A program made the translations under genes and the position numbers. DNA of 62,211 nt, counting the filler, from Choristocarpus tenellus KU-1152 (lineage: Eukaryota; Protista; Phaeophyceae): NCBI GenBank assembly GCA_964200185.2. It is 8 parts of 8 records of this genome, joined end to end, with 100 filler letters (N's around TTAATTAATTAA, not from the genome) between each part and the next. Parts side by side here need not be neighbours in the genome. Positions count along the whole stretch, not along the records: positions 1 to 9,715 come from CAXNAD020003458.1; positions 9,816 to 12,652 come from CAXNAD020024310.1; 6 more parts are not named here. One strand, written 5' to 3'. The notes below the pieces were generated by a model that saw only the letters and a program-made list of their open reading frames with translations, was not told the origin of the DNA and did no database searches. Shown here one piece after another: positions 1 through 11,802 of the stretch (position 1 is its first letter; each line of letters opens with the position of its first letter).

Positions 1-146
1 GCAATTGTATCTGACCGCGCGTCTTATACATACAGTGTGTGTCGGCGATCCCAAAAAGGAATCTGTCCCTGACAAGTCAACCCTTTCCAGCTTCCTTCTC
101 CCCACTCCTCTCTCCACAACCCCATTTTCCACTCAACCCTGAAATC

Positions 147-497
147 ATGGCCAAGACACCCTCCAAGAAGTCTGCCAAGGCCACCAAGAAGGCTGGCGAG
201 AAGAAGAACAAGAGCAAGCGTACAGAATCTTACAGCTCGTACATCTACAAGGTCCTGAAGCAGGTCCACCCCGATACTGGTATCTCTAAGAGGGCCATGT
301 CGATCATGAACTCATTCATTAACGACGTGTTCGAGCGTGTGGCGAGCGAGTCTGGTCGCCTAACTCGTTACAACAAGAAGGCTACCCTTTCGTCTCGTGA
401 GGTGCAGACGGCTGTGCGCCTGATGCTCCCTGGTGAGCTCGCCAAGCACGCTGTATCTGAGGGTACGAAGGCTGTCACCAAGTTCACCTCGTCCTAA
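147..497 (+). CDS. H2B: Histone H2B, intronless, 116 aa
   Basis: ATG at 147 gives MAKTPSKK...[41 protein letters not shown]...[33 protein letters not shown], the canonical H2B sequence. The ORF-track start at 39 is a GTG upstream of the real start. Confidence 0.99.
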   Translation: MAKTPSKKSAKATKKAGEKKNKSKRTESYSSYIYKVLKQVHPDTGISKRAMSIMNSFINDVFERVASESGRLTRYNKKATLSSREVQTAVRLMLPGELAKHAVSEGTKAVTKFTSS

Positions 498-558
498 GTT
501 GGACTATCTTGAGGTGTTAACTTCCACATGATGGAACCTGCACTCAACCCGCACAAAC

Positions 559-577
559 TGGTGTTTAGTCAACACCA
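559..577 (+). promoter_or_regulatory. Putative histone mRNA 3' stem-loop
   Basis: AAAC-TGGTGTT-TAGTC-AACACCA-CCAA: a perfect 7-bp stem with A/C-rich flanks about 60 nt after the H2B stop codon. Confidence 0.65.
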
Positions 578-859
578 CCAACCTCTCGAGGAAGTGCTGG
601 TAAAGTGATACCTGCCTGTTAAGTCATTTGTTGTATAGCGTGGTGTAGGTCCATTTGAAATCCATGTTGGAAGAGTCATATGAAGGAAGATGGCGAACTG
701 TTTTATCATGGAAGAAGGGGCAAGCGACCTTCCGTGCAATATAGTGTGTGCAGTAGTTTTATACTTAAAGGACTAGTTATGACACGATAATCAAAATTTA
801 CAACTCGGTAATAGCGTACATGACCCCATAATATCTTCTCAAAACCGTTTCGTATCATT

Positions 860-1000
860 TCAGGTCTCTGTGGTAGTCTCTTTTTTGTAAGTACCTGCAT
901 CCAACAATCCCTTCAACTCCTTAGACACGGCACCTTCCCATACTGACCTGTGTTGAGACTTAAAAGCTTCGTGATAAAACTGTGGGGCTGGCCCCAACTT
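860..1000 (-). mobile_element. Ty1/Copia reverse transcriptase N-terminal remnant
   Basis: PQFYHEAFKSQHRSVWEGAVSKELKGLLDAGTY matches the PxxYxEA...W..A...E...L....T motif that opens Copia RT. Confidence 0.65.
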
Positions 1001-1791
1001 AGAAACAAGACGGTCATGAGGTGGGTGGGTGCACGTCAACACAGACTTGAAGGTAGACTGTACAGCCTGAGGATAGGCAATAGACTTCCTGCCTACACTG
1101 ATAGTAAGGGATAAGACATTACCATCACCAAGACTCCTTTCAACTCTTACGTACATATCGCAGGAGAATAGCATATGTATCTCTACCCATGCTTTAATTG
1201 GCACGAATATCTTGAGAATAATAGATGAATTGGAGTATTCAGTTGACATGTATGGCAGATAATAGTCTTATATGCATGGTATATACATCTCATGATATTC
1301 AGAATTCACTTTTGAGGACAACACATGTCCCTCCGATGCATCTCGAGACAATTATACATGAAAGCTTGAAATAACTTTTACGTTATGTAATATTAACAGC
1401 CTGTTAAATACCCATCTCACTGGTCGACAGACCATAAACACATTGCATGCACTGCCTTCGAGTCTCATCACCAGCCTGCAGATTGGAGCTACATATCCCA
1501 TTAAGGTAAGCTGCTAGGAGGGTTTTGTAAGATGGAGGTTCGACCTTGTCTCACCGTCCTGGGGAGAATACTCAGCACATCCACATGGAGCCTTAGATAT
1601 CTCCTTGATACGACCTGTATTTCTCCATGGTTTTGTTGACTCCTTGAGACATCCTGGATTTATTCGTGATTTGTTGACTCGTTGGGACGTCCTGGACTCA
1701 TCTCATCTCATCCTCCATCAGAAATATATGGGATTCAAACTACGGGAATCTGCCATCCATATCTCTTCAGGTCTACATCATGACAAATTTA

Positions 1792-2210
1792 CTTCCTCTG
1801 CTTATAATTAAATTTATTACTTTTGCAGTCCCAAAGAAGCAAGTTTTTTTTCACATAATCATAATTTATGAGTATATTGTGCAAACACTAAAAAGGTCGC
1901 CCACTCAAATCTCAGCAAAATGGGACAGCCTATACCTATCTATGATCCTGCCCCGAGAGCCCTCCAAACTCCATTCCAGTACAGTATTTATCACCACATC
2001 CACAGGGGCATACAGGGGGAGCTTGCCCGCCTTCTCAGTTTTTTTCTTGCTAAGATGGTGAATTTTGAAGGCATTATCACCCTTGGACTCCAGCATTTCA
2101 CCGTAGACTGCGAAGAGGCTCTAACCAACGCACTCTAGTGTATCCTGGGGGTACATATCCAATCCCTCCATTGTGGCCTCCACCTCCTCCACTGTGTTGG
2201 TCACCCACAC
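1792..2210 (-). mobile_element. Truncated DD39D-like mariner (one TIR plus 3' end of transposase); same family as 47137-48511
   Basis: TA|CTTCCTCTG terminus at 1792. Clear nucleotide similarity to 47137-47545. Peptides VEEVEATMEGLDMYPQDTLE and KGDNAFKIHHLSKKKTEKAGKLP. Confidence 0.8.
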
Positions 2211-2365
2211 AAGTCTTCCTCCATAGTACCTAAGGGCTACTTCGTATATCTTTCCCAAGACAAGCAAAGTAATACCCCAGCTAATGAGTCGCATACGATG
2301 GTAGCCTTGACAGACTCCCATTTGCATTACCTTGCGGCGATGCAGGACTTTGAGTCTCCGCCACT

Positions 2366-2623
2366 GAGTGAAAGCATCTTAGAGGGTACGAGTTTTCCCC
2401 TGTTTGTCCATTTGGGGCTTGGCTGCCCACGGTTTCTAATGACATTTTACCTACCCCAAAATGTTTCAGAATACGTAAAACGTTTATGTTATGAAAAGGT
2501 GTGTCCAGAACAAGGATTTTGACATCTCCTAACAAACACGATAGCCAAAGTTACATCAGAATTGCAAAATTGGATCTTGACCCCCAAATAGACGCGGCTC
2601 TACCGTCTCAGATACTTTGACTC
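2366..2623. mobile_element. MITE family A copy 1 (258 bp), inserted into the Gypsy element
   Basis: TIRs GAGTGAAAGCATCTTAGAGGGTAC and TACCGTCTCAGATACTTTGACTC; flanks CACT/TACT; similar along its length to 8997-9255 and 32106-32364. Confidence 0.85.
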
Positions 2624-5600
2624 TACTATTTGCAAGCAGCCCGACCGATTCTGAAGCACCGGAGTTGCCCTGAAGGTGCGTCCTGGAGTCTTCAGCTCCA
2701 GGGAACTTAGCCACTGTAGCCATAGGAAGCATGACCCCCACACCCACCTCGACATATCCACTATGTCAACTGCCCAACGGACTAGTCAAGTATAGCTATC
2801 TGCACTACTGTGGCACCCTCGCAAAGTCGGCTCGAGAATGCCTGTACAGATACTCCTTGACACATGCACAGGAGGTCGGAACTACATTTCGTCTGCTTTT
2901 TGGCGCAGTACTACTCTCTGGGGAGGTAGCACCGGCCTACCGCACCTTAACCAAACTGGTAAAGGTACGTTGCACGCGGCGGCAAATCCGAAAGGATGCA
3001 GTATTCCACCTATGCAGGGGTACTAGGGTCCTGCATACTGCCAATATTGTTTCCCCCAGAGGATAGAGTCCGCAATGTGAAATTTAGAGTAGTGGAAGGC
3101 CTACCTTACGGGATGGTTCTAGGAGCAGCATTCTGTAGGCAGCACAAGAGCATACTGTCATTTAGAGAGGGGGAAGGCTTTCGACCAGCTCCAAACTCGC
3201 CATGGACACCTTTTGTTCGAGATGTGACACCGAGATCTCGTGATAACGATGTACCCCTGTCAGTCCTAGGAGAGTGGCAAGCATCAATGACACCACAACC
3301 CGACCATCCAAGTATCACAGACTGCATCTTAATAACCTCAGATCAGCTGGATGTAGAGAACCCCCCCCTGACGCACTCCCTAGATTCCCAAGATGCACTA
3401 GTGCTCCAACTGGTGAACATATGCAACCAGAGAACGAACATACAAGTATTCTTATGTAGACCCAGAAGCAGGCACCTTAGATGCGGATCCAGAGGCACGT
3501 ATCGCAACAATAGATCTTACCCAGGACAAGGATCCTCTGACCCCATCACTGGGGAGTCCAGGTCTAGTACCCCTTCCGGTAGAGGTAGCGTGGGAGGACG
3601 ATGGGACTCTGCAATGGGAATTGCGTTTGTCAGAAGTACAACATGTAGAAGGGTTTGTCAGCAAAGTCTGCAAAGGATTCGTTAAGGTGGTGATTGAGCC
3701 CTTATCAGAGTATAACCTGGAATTAGGAAATGCTGTCGGAGTTGCCAGAGGTGTACAATGGTGGAACTCAGGAACCCCCATTTATTGCAAGCTAGTAAAT
3801 ACGTGCAGTAAGCCCGGCAGTGTCCAGGCAGGGCTGCCAGTTGCAAAGGCGATTGCTCTGAATACTCAGGATACAGAGAGGGTGGTTGCACTCTTTCAGT
3901 CACTAACCAAACCCCCCAAAGATCCTCAAAGAGCACAGGTCCTGCTTGCCACAGCTAGTTCTCAGAATAGGCATCCCCCAGAAGCAGACGAGACTGGTGA
4001 CTGCCCGGTAGCAGAGGAAGAAGAAACCCCTTCAGATGAAGCCAAGGGGGTCCGGCATCAATCGGTGGGCCTTAGCGATGTCAATATGGGACAGCTGACA
4101 CCGGGGCAGAAGGAACACAGTTGGTGGAATTTTTCTAGGAATTTCGATATTTAGGAGTATTCCCTGAGGATCCCAAACGAGTTCCCCTATGCTCTAGAGG
4201 AGTACTACACATGCCACTATTAGACGAGAATTGTACACCCTACGCAGCGAAACAAGTACCCTTCTCTCCTGAAGAAACACAGATGATTCAGGCCGAGGTT
4301 AAGCAGGTGCAGGAACGTGGTATCATTAGACCCTCCACCTCAGCGTGGGCAGCAGCAGTGATAGCAGTATGTAAGAAAGATGGGACCCTGAGGTTGTGCA
4401 CAGACTATAGGATGCTTAATGATCTCTCGCGTAGTGATAGTAGAGGTCTCAGGAACATCGCCAGCATCTTTGATAAGCTTAAGGGTTCTAGCTATTTTAC
4501 TGCCATAGACCTAGCGTTGGGATTCTTTCAACTAGAAATCGCAGAGGTAGACAAACATAAGACAGCCTTCCGTGACGCTCACGGACAACTTTGGGAATAT
4601 AACAGGTGTTGCTTTGGGTTGAAATTCTTACCTGCAGTATTCTCTAGTTACATGAGAGAGGCCTTAGGAGATCTCAAAGGAAACGGTGTAGAAAACTGAC
4701 TAGACGATCTTTTTGCTATAGTTCATCATTTGATGAGCACATGACCAAACTTCGCCTCCTTCTGACCAGACTCAAGCAATACGGCCTGCCTGTAAAATTT
4801 CCCAAATCCTTGTGGTGCATGCCCTCACAAGAATTTGTAGGAATGAAGGTAGGCAGAGATGGCTTGAGCCCTGCACCATCAAAAATGATAGCAGTAGCAA
4901 ACCTTGATCCCCCATCTACAGTTGAGCAGCTAAGAAGTTTCCTAGGCATGACAGGAAACATGTAACAGTTTGTTCCGAACTATGGCCAAGTAGCTGCACC
5001 ACTGACTGACATCCTCCGGAATAGAGGGTATGCTTCCAAAAGAGAAAGGAAGTAGAGTATCCCTTGGGGATCAGAGGAGCAGAAGGCCTTTGAAGAACTT
5101 AAGGTGCGTCTGGTTTCTCCGCCAATCCTAGTCTTTCCTGACTGGGATAAGCCGTTCCTCCTCCATACAGATGCGAGTGAGGAAGGGGCTGGAACAACGC
5201 TAAACCCAGGTACAGGATGATGACCAATAACATGTCATAGCATATGCCAGCCATAGATGGTCTAAAACAGGCAGTAGGAGAGCACCCACTGAAAGAGAAT
5301 GCATGGCTATCTTGTGGGCTGTAGAACACTTCGACTCCTATATTTGGGGTAGAAAATACACCCTAGTCACTGACTACTCAGCACTGACTTGGCTCTTCAA
5401 GAGTCGTGAACTTAGCCCCAAGCTCCTCAGGTGAGCCCTCCGCCTTATGGAGCACGATATGGAACTGAAGTGGCGAGCAGGTTCGAAGCACCAACTAGCG
5501 GATGGACTGTCACGACTCTCCTCACCAACACCGTCAGGTTTGGATATATAGGCGTTGGAGGTTGGCTACCACTCAGTAGTTCCCACGATCAAAGTCTACC

Positions 5601-7314
5601 AGTGTCTATGCCCCCTCCCTCTCATTGGATGGCCCCATAAACGATGCCTAGTGTAGACCCGACACACTCCCCACAGCAACCCCTTCCCCCGCTTAACGGC
5701 CACTAACACTTTTGGTTGGCAATCTTTAGACACTACCCTCGAAGATAGGGTAGAAATAAAAGGAAAAACAAGAGAAGAGAAGCCACCATGCAAAAAAAGG
5801 CGCAAAGGTACACCAAGGCCCACGAACAAGAAGGGTAGTGACAGAATAGTCCGAATAAGTGAGATGGTTCAACACCACCCCACTCTCAAGAGAGCAATTC
5901 AATGGCTACTCTCTCAGACGTGCCAGAGATAGTGGAGAGGCAGAAGAAGACCCCTTCCTGGACAGCATACGGGGTGTACTTGAAGGCCAAGAACACCGGA
6001 GGTCGTCACTCAAATGGGGAAAAGGGAGTATAGATGTGGAGTCATATCCCCTAGATGATAAGGAGTTACTCTGGTACACCCCTGGAGAGTATGCACCTAG
6101 GCTAGCAGTTCCTCGTTCACTAGCGTCAGACATGATAGCACTAGTACACCTGCAGACTAGTCACCAGGGAGTTGGACGCAGAGTAGCCCTAACCCGTCGA
6201 TACTTCATTTGGCCCTCACTCCACAAAGACACGCAGGGTTATGTTTTATCCTGTGGCTGTCGCAGACGGAAGAGGACTAGGAGCGCACAAGTGGCAATGC
6301 TGCCAGCCAAGTTCCTGGAACCATGGGATGTACTTGAGACGGATCTACAATATGTGGGACACATCTCAGCAAAAGGCAACAAGTATCTATTAATTGTGAT
6401 TGATAGAGCTTCGAGATTCCCTTTTGCATTTCCAATGGCGTCAAAGGAAGCAACTGGAGTAGCAACAAACGTGTTGGAATTATGTCTTACATTTGGGATC
6501 CCTTTGTCAATTCGTAGTGATGCAGGAGGGGAGTTCACAGGAGACATAATGAATCATCTTTGTCGTTGGCTGAAGGTCCCTATCAATTATGGACCAACTG
6601 GCAACTCGAGAGGACAAGGGGGAGTGGAAAAGATGGGAGGTCTGCTTTAGAAGTCCCGTCGGAACTATTTGTGATGAGGCCAGATAGATAGTATGAGTAT
6701 GTATCTCCGGCATGTTGGGCACAACGCACTACTCCAGACCCATCTGACCCCCTCAACCCCACCCCCTTCCGAGCCTTTTTTGGCCGTGATCCCCACTCTC
6801 AGCTAGACGCCGTCATACCCAAGTTGAATGGGGACATAGAGGTTGGAGGATTGGATTCCTTTATTGAGCAACGCAGACAGAACTTCAGGGAGGTACGAGA
6901 AGTCCTGGAGAGACGGATGTCTACAAGACATAAATACAGAGAGAGAGAGTCAATGCTTTGATTGCTAGGTCTTCCCCAGGACTCGGATCCAAACCAGGTG
7001 ACCTAGTTCTAATGAAAGAAGCAGACAGCTCTATCCATGGGGAAAACCTAGGTGAGACAAGAGTAGGCAGAAAGCTAGTCCACAAAAGATGGACAGGACC
7101 ATGGACTGTAAAGGACATTTCTCATCAGAGTAGCAGCATGACAGTCGAACTGCTGGGTAGGCAAACATGCACTCGTAATGTTCATGCTTCTTATGTGAAA
7201 CCCTTCCACGTAAGGCCCATCCATCTGAGACATAGCTTCCAAGAAGAATCCACCCAACTAGTGTGGGAATCGGACCTGGGTCTATCAGAGCAATCCGTGG
7301 TAGCAACCCCGATG

Positions 7315-7773
7315 TACACTCTTACTGATAGGAAAGCAGTATTGTCGCCATCCAATGTATGGCACTGGGAGTACCGGGGGAAGTATCAGAATGGAGAGTT
7401 GTCAGACTGGGTAACCGAGAAAGAGGCTATTGATAGCTTCACCCCACTACAGTAAGATGTCTTCCATGCCCTCTGGGACCTCCATAATCCAGACACAAGC
7501 CCACGTCCTACTGACACCTCTCGCCAAGGGAAACCCTTATCTAGAGAGGGTACATTATGCCTCTTCCCCACAGGTACCACTGTCAAGAAGTCATGGAAAG
7601 ACGAGAAGGAAAGGGATAAGTGGTACACAGGTACAGGTTTTGACTTCAAGTCACCTTACTGGAGGGTACGGTTAAATGATGGGGATTGGGAGGAATTGAA
7701 CAAACGTGAAATGAGTCCTTCTCCCAAAAATGATCCAACAGGTAACTATACACCCAGAAGGCAAAGTACGTGA
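7315..7773 (+). other. Integrase C-terminal extension: chromo-like segment plus Tudor-like module (one premature TAA at 7453-7455)
   Basis: Single frame: YTLTDRK...WEYRGKYQNGELSDWVTEKE...LQ*DVFHALWDL...LFPTGTTVKKSWKDEKERDKWYTGTGFDFKSPYWRVRLNDGDWEELNKREM...RQST*. Confidence 0.6.
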
Positions 7774-8394
7774 TGACTAACCGGTTCATGTATGAACACA
7801 GGAATCAAACATTGACAGTCCTAGTCCCCAAAGAACGTAAGACAGGAGAAGTCAGAAACATGAAGTAACCCTTATCAGCCCAGGCAGTAGTTTTTATGTT
7901 TGTCTTTTCTTTCCTCTTTTTACCTTATTTATTTATTCTTTTTTTCTCTTTTTGTCAGCCCTGGTGTCCCGGTACATCCTTACTTACTTTGCTGTACATT
8001 GCTTAAGTTCTCCCTCCTCTATCCCTTGCCTCCTTTCTTTTATTATTCTTCTTTTTTTTTGCCGACGTTGATGTTATTGCCTGTTTTATGCACTAGCAGC
8101 CATCAGTATGCTTCGTGCTGAGGGGGCATGAGACAGGCAATAATCAGATGATCCTTGGCACTCTAGGGAAGCTGTACTTTAGAGAGAGTGAATATATCCT
8201 AAGATTAGGCCAGATGCAGACAGATGTTTCCCAAGTTAAGGATAGATGTTGTGGACCTAGTAGGAGTACGGTACCTTCTTACTCTTCCATTTTTGCTTGC
8301 CACAGGATGATCTGAGGTGATTGATGATATATATTGTCTTCACCGGTGACAATCGCCGGTGGTAAGCGTGAAACATGTATTGCTAGTTCACGCT

Positions 8395-8515
8395 GGGGGG
8401 ATGTTACAGGCGAATCGTGGGAGCATTTTTTCTCATGTTCTAACAAAGTGCGAGCATTTGCTACACGCGAATAGCGCGAGCATTGTTCGTCGTGTTCTAA
8501 CAAGTGCGAACACTA
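8395..8515 (+). repeat. Polypurine tract and probable start of the 3' LTR, containing a ~57-bp imperfect tandem duplication
   Basis: GGGGGGA|TGTTACAGGCGAAT at 8402, second unit TGCTACACGCGAATAGC at 8459. The same start recurs at 12225. LTR end not determined. Confidence 0.55.
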
Positions 8516-8996
8516 TACGATATTAGTAACACATAGGTAGTGTTACAGAATAAATGCCTATTTCATAGTAGATACAGAGTAAGATTCGGAATGCATACGT
8601 AACATTACAGAAGAAAATGTCAAAGTTCTTAAGAAGTTGCAGAATAGAGGTTTTGATTGGAGCACGTATAGAGCAGTTGCATACAAGACCAAAGAAATTG
8701 GGTGGATGATGAAAATAATAAGAGGGCTATTTGTCAAAACAATTTACCCACCTTGTCAGTTTTTTTTATCTTGAACTTAAAATTGAGTCGAGCTTTGAGC
8801 TAAGCACTGAGTGGAGTATCGAGAGAAAAGGCTATCTGACACCCAACAAACTGTTATAAAGGACAACGTCCCCATAGCGTCGTTTTCAGGTCGTTGGGTT
8901 TGAGTTGTACATCCTGTGGAGGTGAGTTGAGGGGCACGATGTAACAGAGGGAGCTAGTGTAGGTTTCAAGGGGTCTATTAGTAGAGGCTCAGTGCA

Positions 8997-9255
8997 GAGC
9001 CAAAGTATCTTAGAGGGTACAGTCGCGTCCATTTGGGGGCCAAAGTCCAATGTTGCAATTTTGATGTAATTTTGGCTATTGTGTGTGTTCGGAAGTGCCA
9101 ATATCGATGTTCTGGACACACCTTCTAATAACATACCCATTTTACACATTCCGAAACATTTTGGAGTAGGAAAATGTCATTAAAAAACCGATGGGAAGAC
9201 AAGATACAAATGGACAAACAGGGCAAAAATCGTACCCTCTAAGATACTTTCACTC
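8997..9255. mobile_element. MITE family A copy 2 (259 bp, opposite orientation to copy 1)
   Basis: GAGCCAAAGTATCTTAGAGGGTAC...GTACCCTCTAAGATACTTTCACTC with a perfect TGCA/TGCA 4-bp flanking duplication. Confidence 0.9.
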
Positions 9256-9715
9256 TGCAGCCGAGGCAGGAGGTGGAACCATGAACTAGATGGAACACCT
9301 ACTCAAAGGGGGAGATCGAGATTGGGCGAGGAGAGTATTTTCCGATTCAAAGGCATAGTGTAAATGAATGAAGGTGGAGTGCTTTGGATGATTGTGGGCT
9401 GTTGTGGAAGAATGGGAAATAGGTTTGACTGCTAACCTACTATCGTACCATTGTGTTGCATTACTTCATCAATGCAAAAAGAAGTTTGAAATACTCCGGA
9501 GTATGAAGGTGGCATTAATGAATGCCTTATGAGGATATCACTAGCAACAAATTTCATTTTATGGTCCTTGACTACAAATGCACTCATTGTGTAACCTAAC
9601 GTTGGCAACTCCATTGGAGGCTCCACAGGGATTTAAAGGGGTTTGACATAAAGCTTCAAATACACATCTGTCTTACCTGCAACAATTCCTGCACCATTGA
9701 CTAATTACGCAGTCG

Positions 9716-9815
9716 NNNNNNNNNNNNNNNNNNNNNNNNNNNNNNNNNNNNNNNNNNNNTTAATTAATTAANNNNNNNNNNNNNNNNNNNNNNNNNNNNN
9801 NNNNNNNNNNNNNNN
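9716..9815. other. Artificial assembly spacer
   Basis: N44-TTAATTAATTAA-N44 (stops in all six frames). Confidence 0.98.
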
Positions 9816-10107
9816 TTTGAGACCAACTGTCACCCCGGACGTAAGCCCCCCCCCCCCATCCCCAGATACTTTGGGTCAAAGGTGATAATTCCCCCACTTG
9901 TTGCGCACAAATTAAGAATTTCCACTGCATAGAGGCATATACTCTTCAAAAATCGAGCCCATCACTCTTTACTCTTTGAATCCTATAATGTCCGTCAGAT
10001 TAGATACTGAATCACGATTGGATAAGAGAGTCGTATGTCTGGTTGGCGGGAATATTTATTTTGACCTCAAACTCATCAGGTCAAAAGTCTTTTGGTGCTC
10101 TTTGGTT

Positions 10108-11802
10108 CTCTCTCTGTCCCATAAGTCTGCACCGTTAAGTTGTAGCTCTTCAGGATGACCTCCAATTACAAAACAGACCTTTGTCTTGGATCTTGGGATA
10201 TTTTACATTAAGAATACTGTGTCTTGCCTTTATTCGACACCGTCAACCCAATAATCCAGGGCCACCGAGGAGGCCGCTCGGTCTACTTCAACTGATCTAT
10301 CCAAACCGCCCTCCCACTGCCTTTGTTTTGGGTCCCAGTGTGCTCTACCTCGAAATCATTCCCCCCCAGCGCACTTAACACCTTATTGTACCTCTTAAAC
10401 AGACTCTGCCACACCCTCTCGAGCGTGTATGTGTCGTAACAGTGGAACATGCTTGAAACCCCCTCTACAAGTTCATCAACGGTGCTGTAAAGCTCTGCCC
10501 AAACCCTGCTCTTCAGAGATGCAAAACCCCCCAAATCATTGATGTTGAGATCCGCTGATTGCACTGGCTTCATCATGAGCATAATGTTCCATCCCTCCTC
10601 CATCCCTGCTGCGTTCAGCTTCTGCACCGTGCCCTTGCCTGTATGTGTGGTCATGCTGTCCTGCTGTATGGAGCCCCCGCCTGATTCCAGTCACGGTATT
10701 TTTCCTTGATCGCTGCTCAGTGCACCACTCGGCGTTGACGGTGACGTCGACCTCATACTCCTTGACCTTCTTGTGCCACGCTGTAGTCCCATCCGTTACG
10801 CCTCTTTCGAGACGCAAACCTGCCAGATCCTGATCTTGCCGTCGAAATAATGGTAAGGAGGATCCGGGCGCAAAACGGTGGAGATGAACATCACATTGGA
10901 AATGTAACTCTTTTGCTTTGCCTTCGTCGAGCCCACCTTTTCCTCCCTCGGGAACATTTGCACCATCTCTTATTTGGATGAGGTAGAACCACACCTCGTT
11001 GATATGAATTGTGCTGTCCTGTACTCCAGAGGAATAGGTTTTGAGGTTGCAGGAGGCCTGGTTAAGGATGAAGTCCACTCTCGTTGTAAGAAAATGAAAG
11101 GCTAGGGATAACATGCTGCTTAACCCTCATTACCCCCGTAGCTTCAAGCCAGCAATGAAGCTTTGAGCTACTGGTTGTGAGGCCTGCTTTGGCGAGCTTG
11201 GTGTAAAGTTGGTGGATAGTCAGCTACTGATTACTGGCGTTGATTTCCTGGATCTTCGCTTGTTTCGTTGGCATAAAGTCCAATGGCCGTCCAGATCGTG
11301 CTTGTGATTTCAGGGAGGCGATATTTCCCCTGCTTAACTCTTCTATGACGCGCGCCCACACCCGTCTAGGGTGTCTCGCTCCTGCTTCAAACTCTTTATC
11401 CAATTTAGACCCCACACCTCTTGGAAGCCTCTCATGACCAGGGGAAGAGCCAATGCATAACGCAGAGCAAGTGTGGTCCGACCTTTTCGGTCAGCTCGCA
11501 GTTCTTTCCCCGAGATGGTGGGTTTCGTGCTGAGGACGACGGGCTGTGGGGGCTCGCCATGGGGGTTGTGAGAGTGTTGTGTGGCTCCACGCTGCATCAG
11601 GAACAAAAAAAATATATATATGCTCCATTCTGTTTTCCATTGTTTCGGAACCATTTCAGATCTACTTCAGAACAGTATTCTTTGACATTTATTTTTTAAT
11701 GTAAATATGCCCAGGGATCTAACGCAAAGGTTCGTTTTGTATAATCAGAAGTCATTTCGAGGAGGTAGAACTTAACAATCCAGACATATGGGATAAAGGG
11801 AG
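10108..11802 (-). mobile_element. Full-length but decayed DD39D-like (plant/oomycete-type) mariner
   Basis: ~115-bp imperfect TIRs (CTCTCTCTGTCCCATAAGTCTG... and ...CAGACATATGGGATAAAGGGAG). Transposase motifs HINEVWFYL, FDGKIRIW, QQDS..TH, PVQSADLNINDLG..ASLKS, GGNDF. Frameshifted. Confidence 0.9.

Larger units (their letters stand above)
2215..8515 (+). mobile_element. Decayed Ty3/Gypsy LTR retrotransposon (PR, RT, RNase H, integrase with extended C-terminal tail); 5' LTR and gag not found
   Basis: Protease ILLDT..GRNYIS (~2850). RT RPSTSAWAAAVIAVCKKDGTLRLCTDYR...DKHKTAF...N*LDD (4211-4710). RNase H LHTDASEEGAG...ILWAVEHF (5160-5520). Integrase HHCC and core D6352-region/IRSDAGGEF/E (5859-6650). 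The PR-RT-RH-IN order is Gypsy. Many stops and frameshifts. Confidence 0.93.

Noticed and set aside
39-146. N-terminally extended H2B variant of 152 aa
   Set aside because: It starts at GTG in UTR-like sequence; the ATG at 147 gives a normal H2B.
8890-8921. 32-nt micro-exon candidate (TTTCAG...GTGAGT)
   Set aside because: Good splice signals, but no partner exons or homology could be identified.
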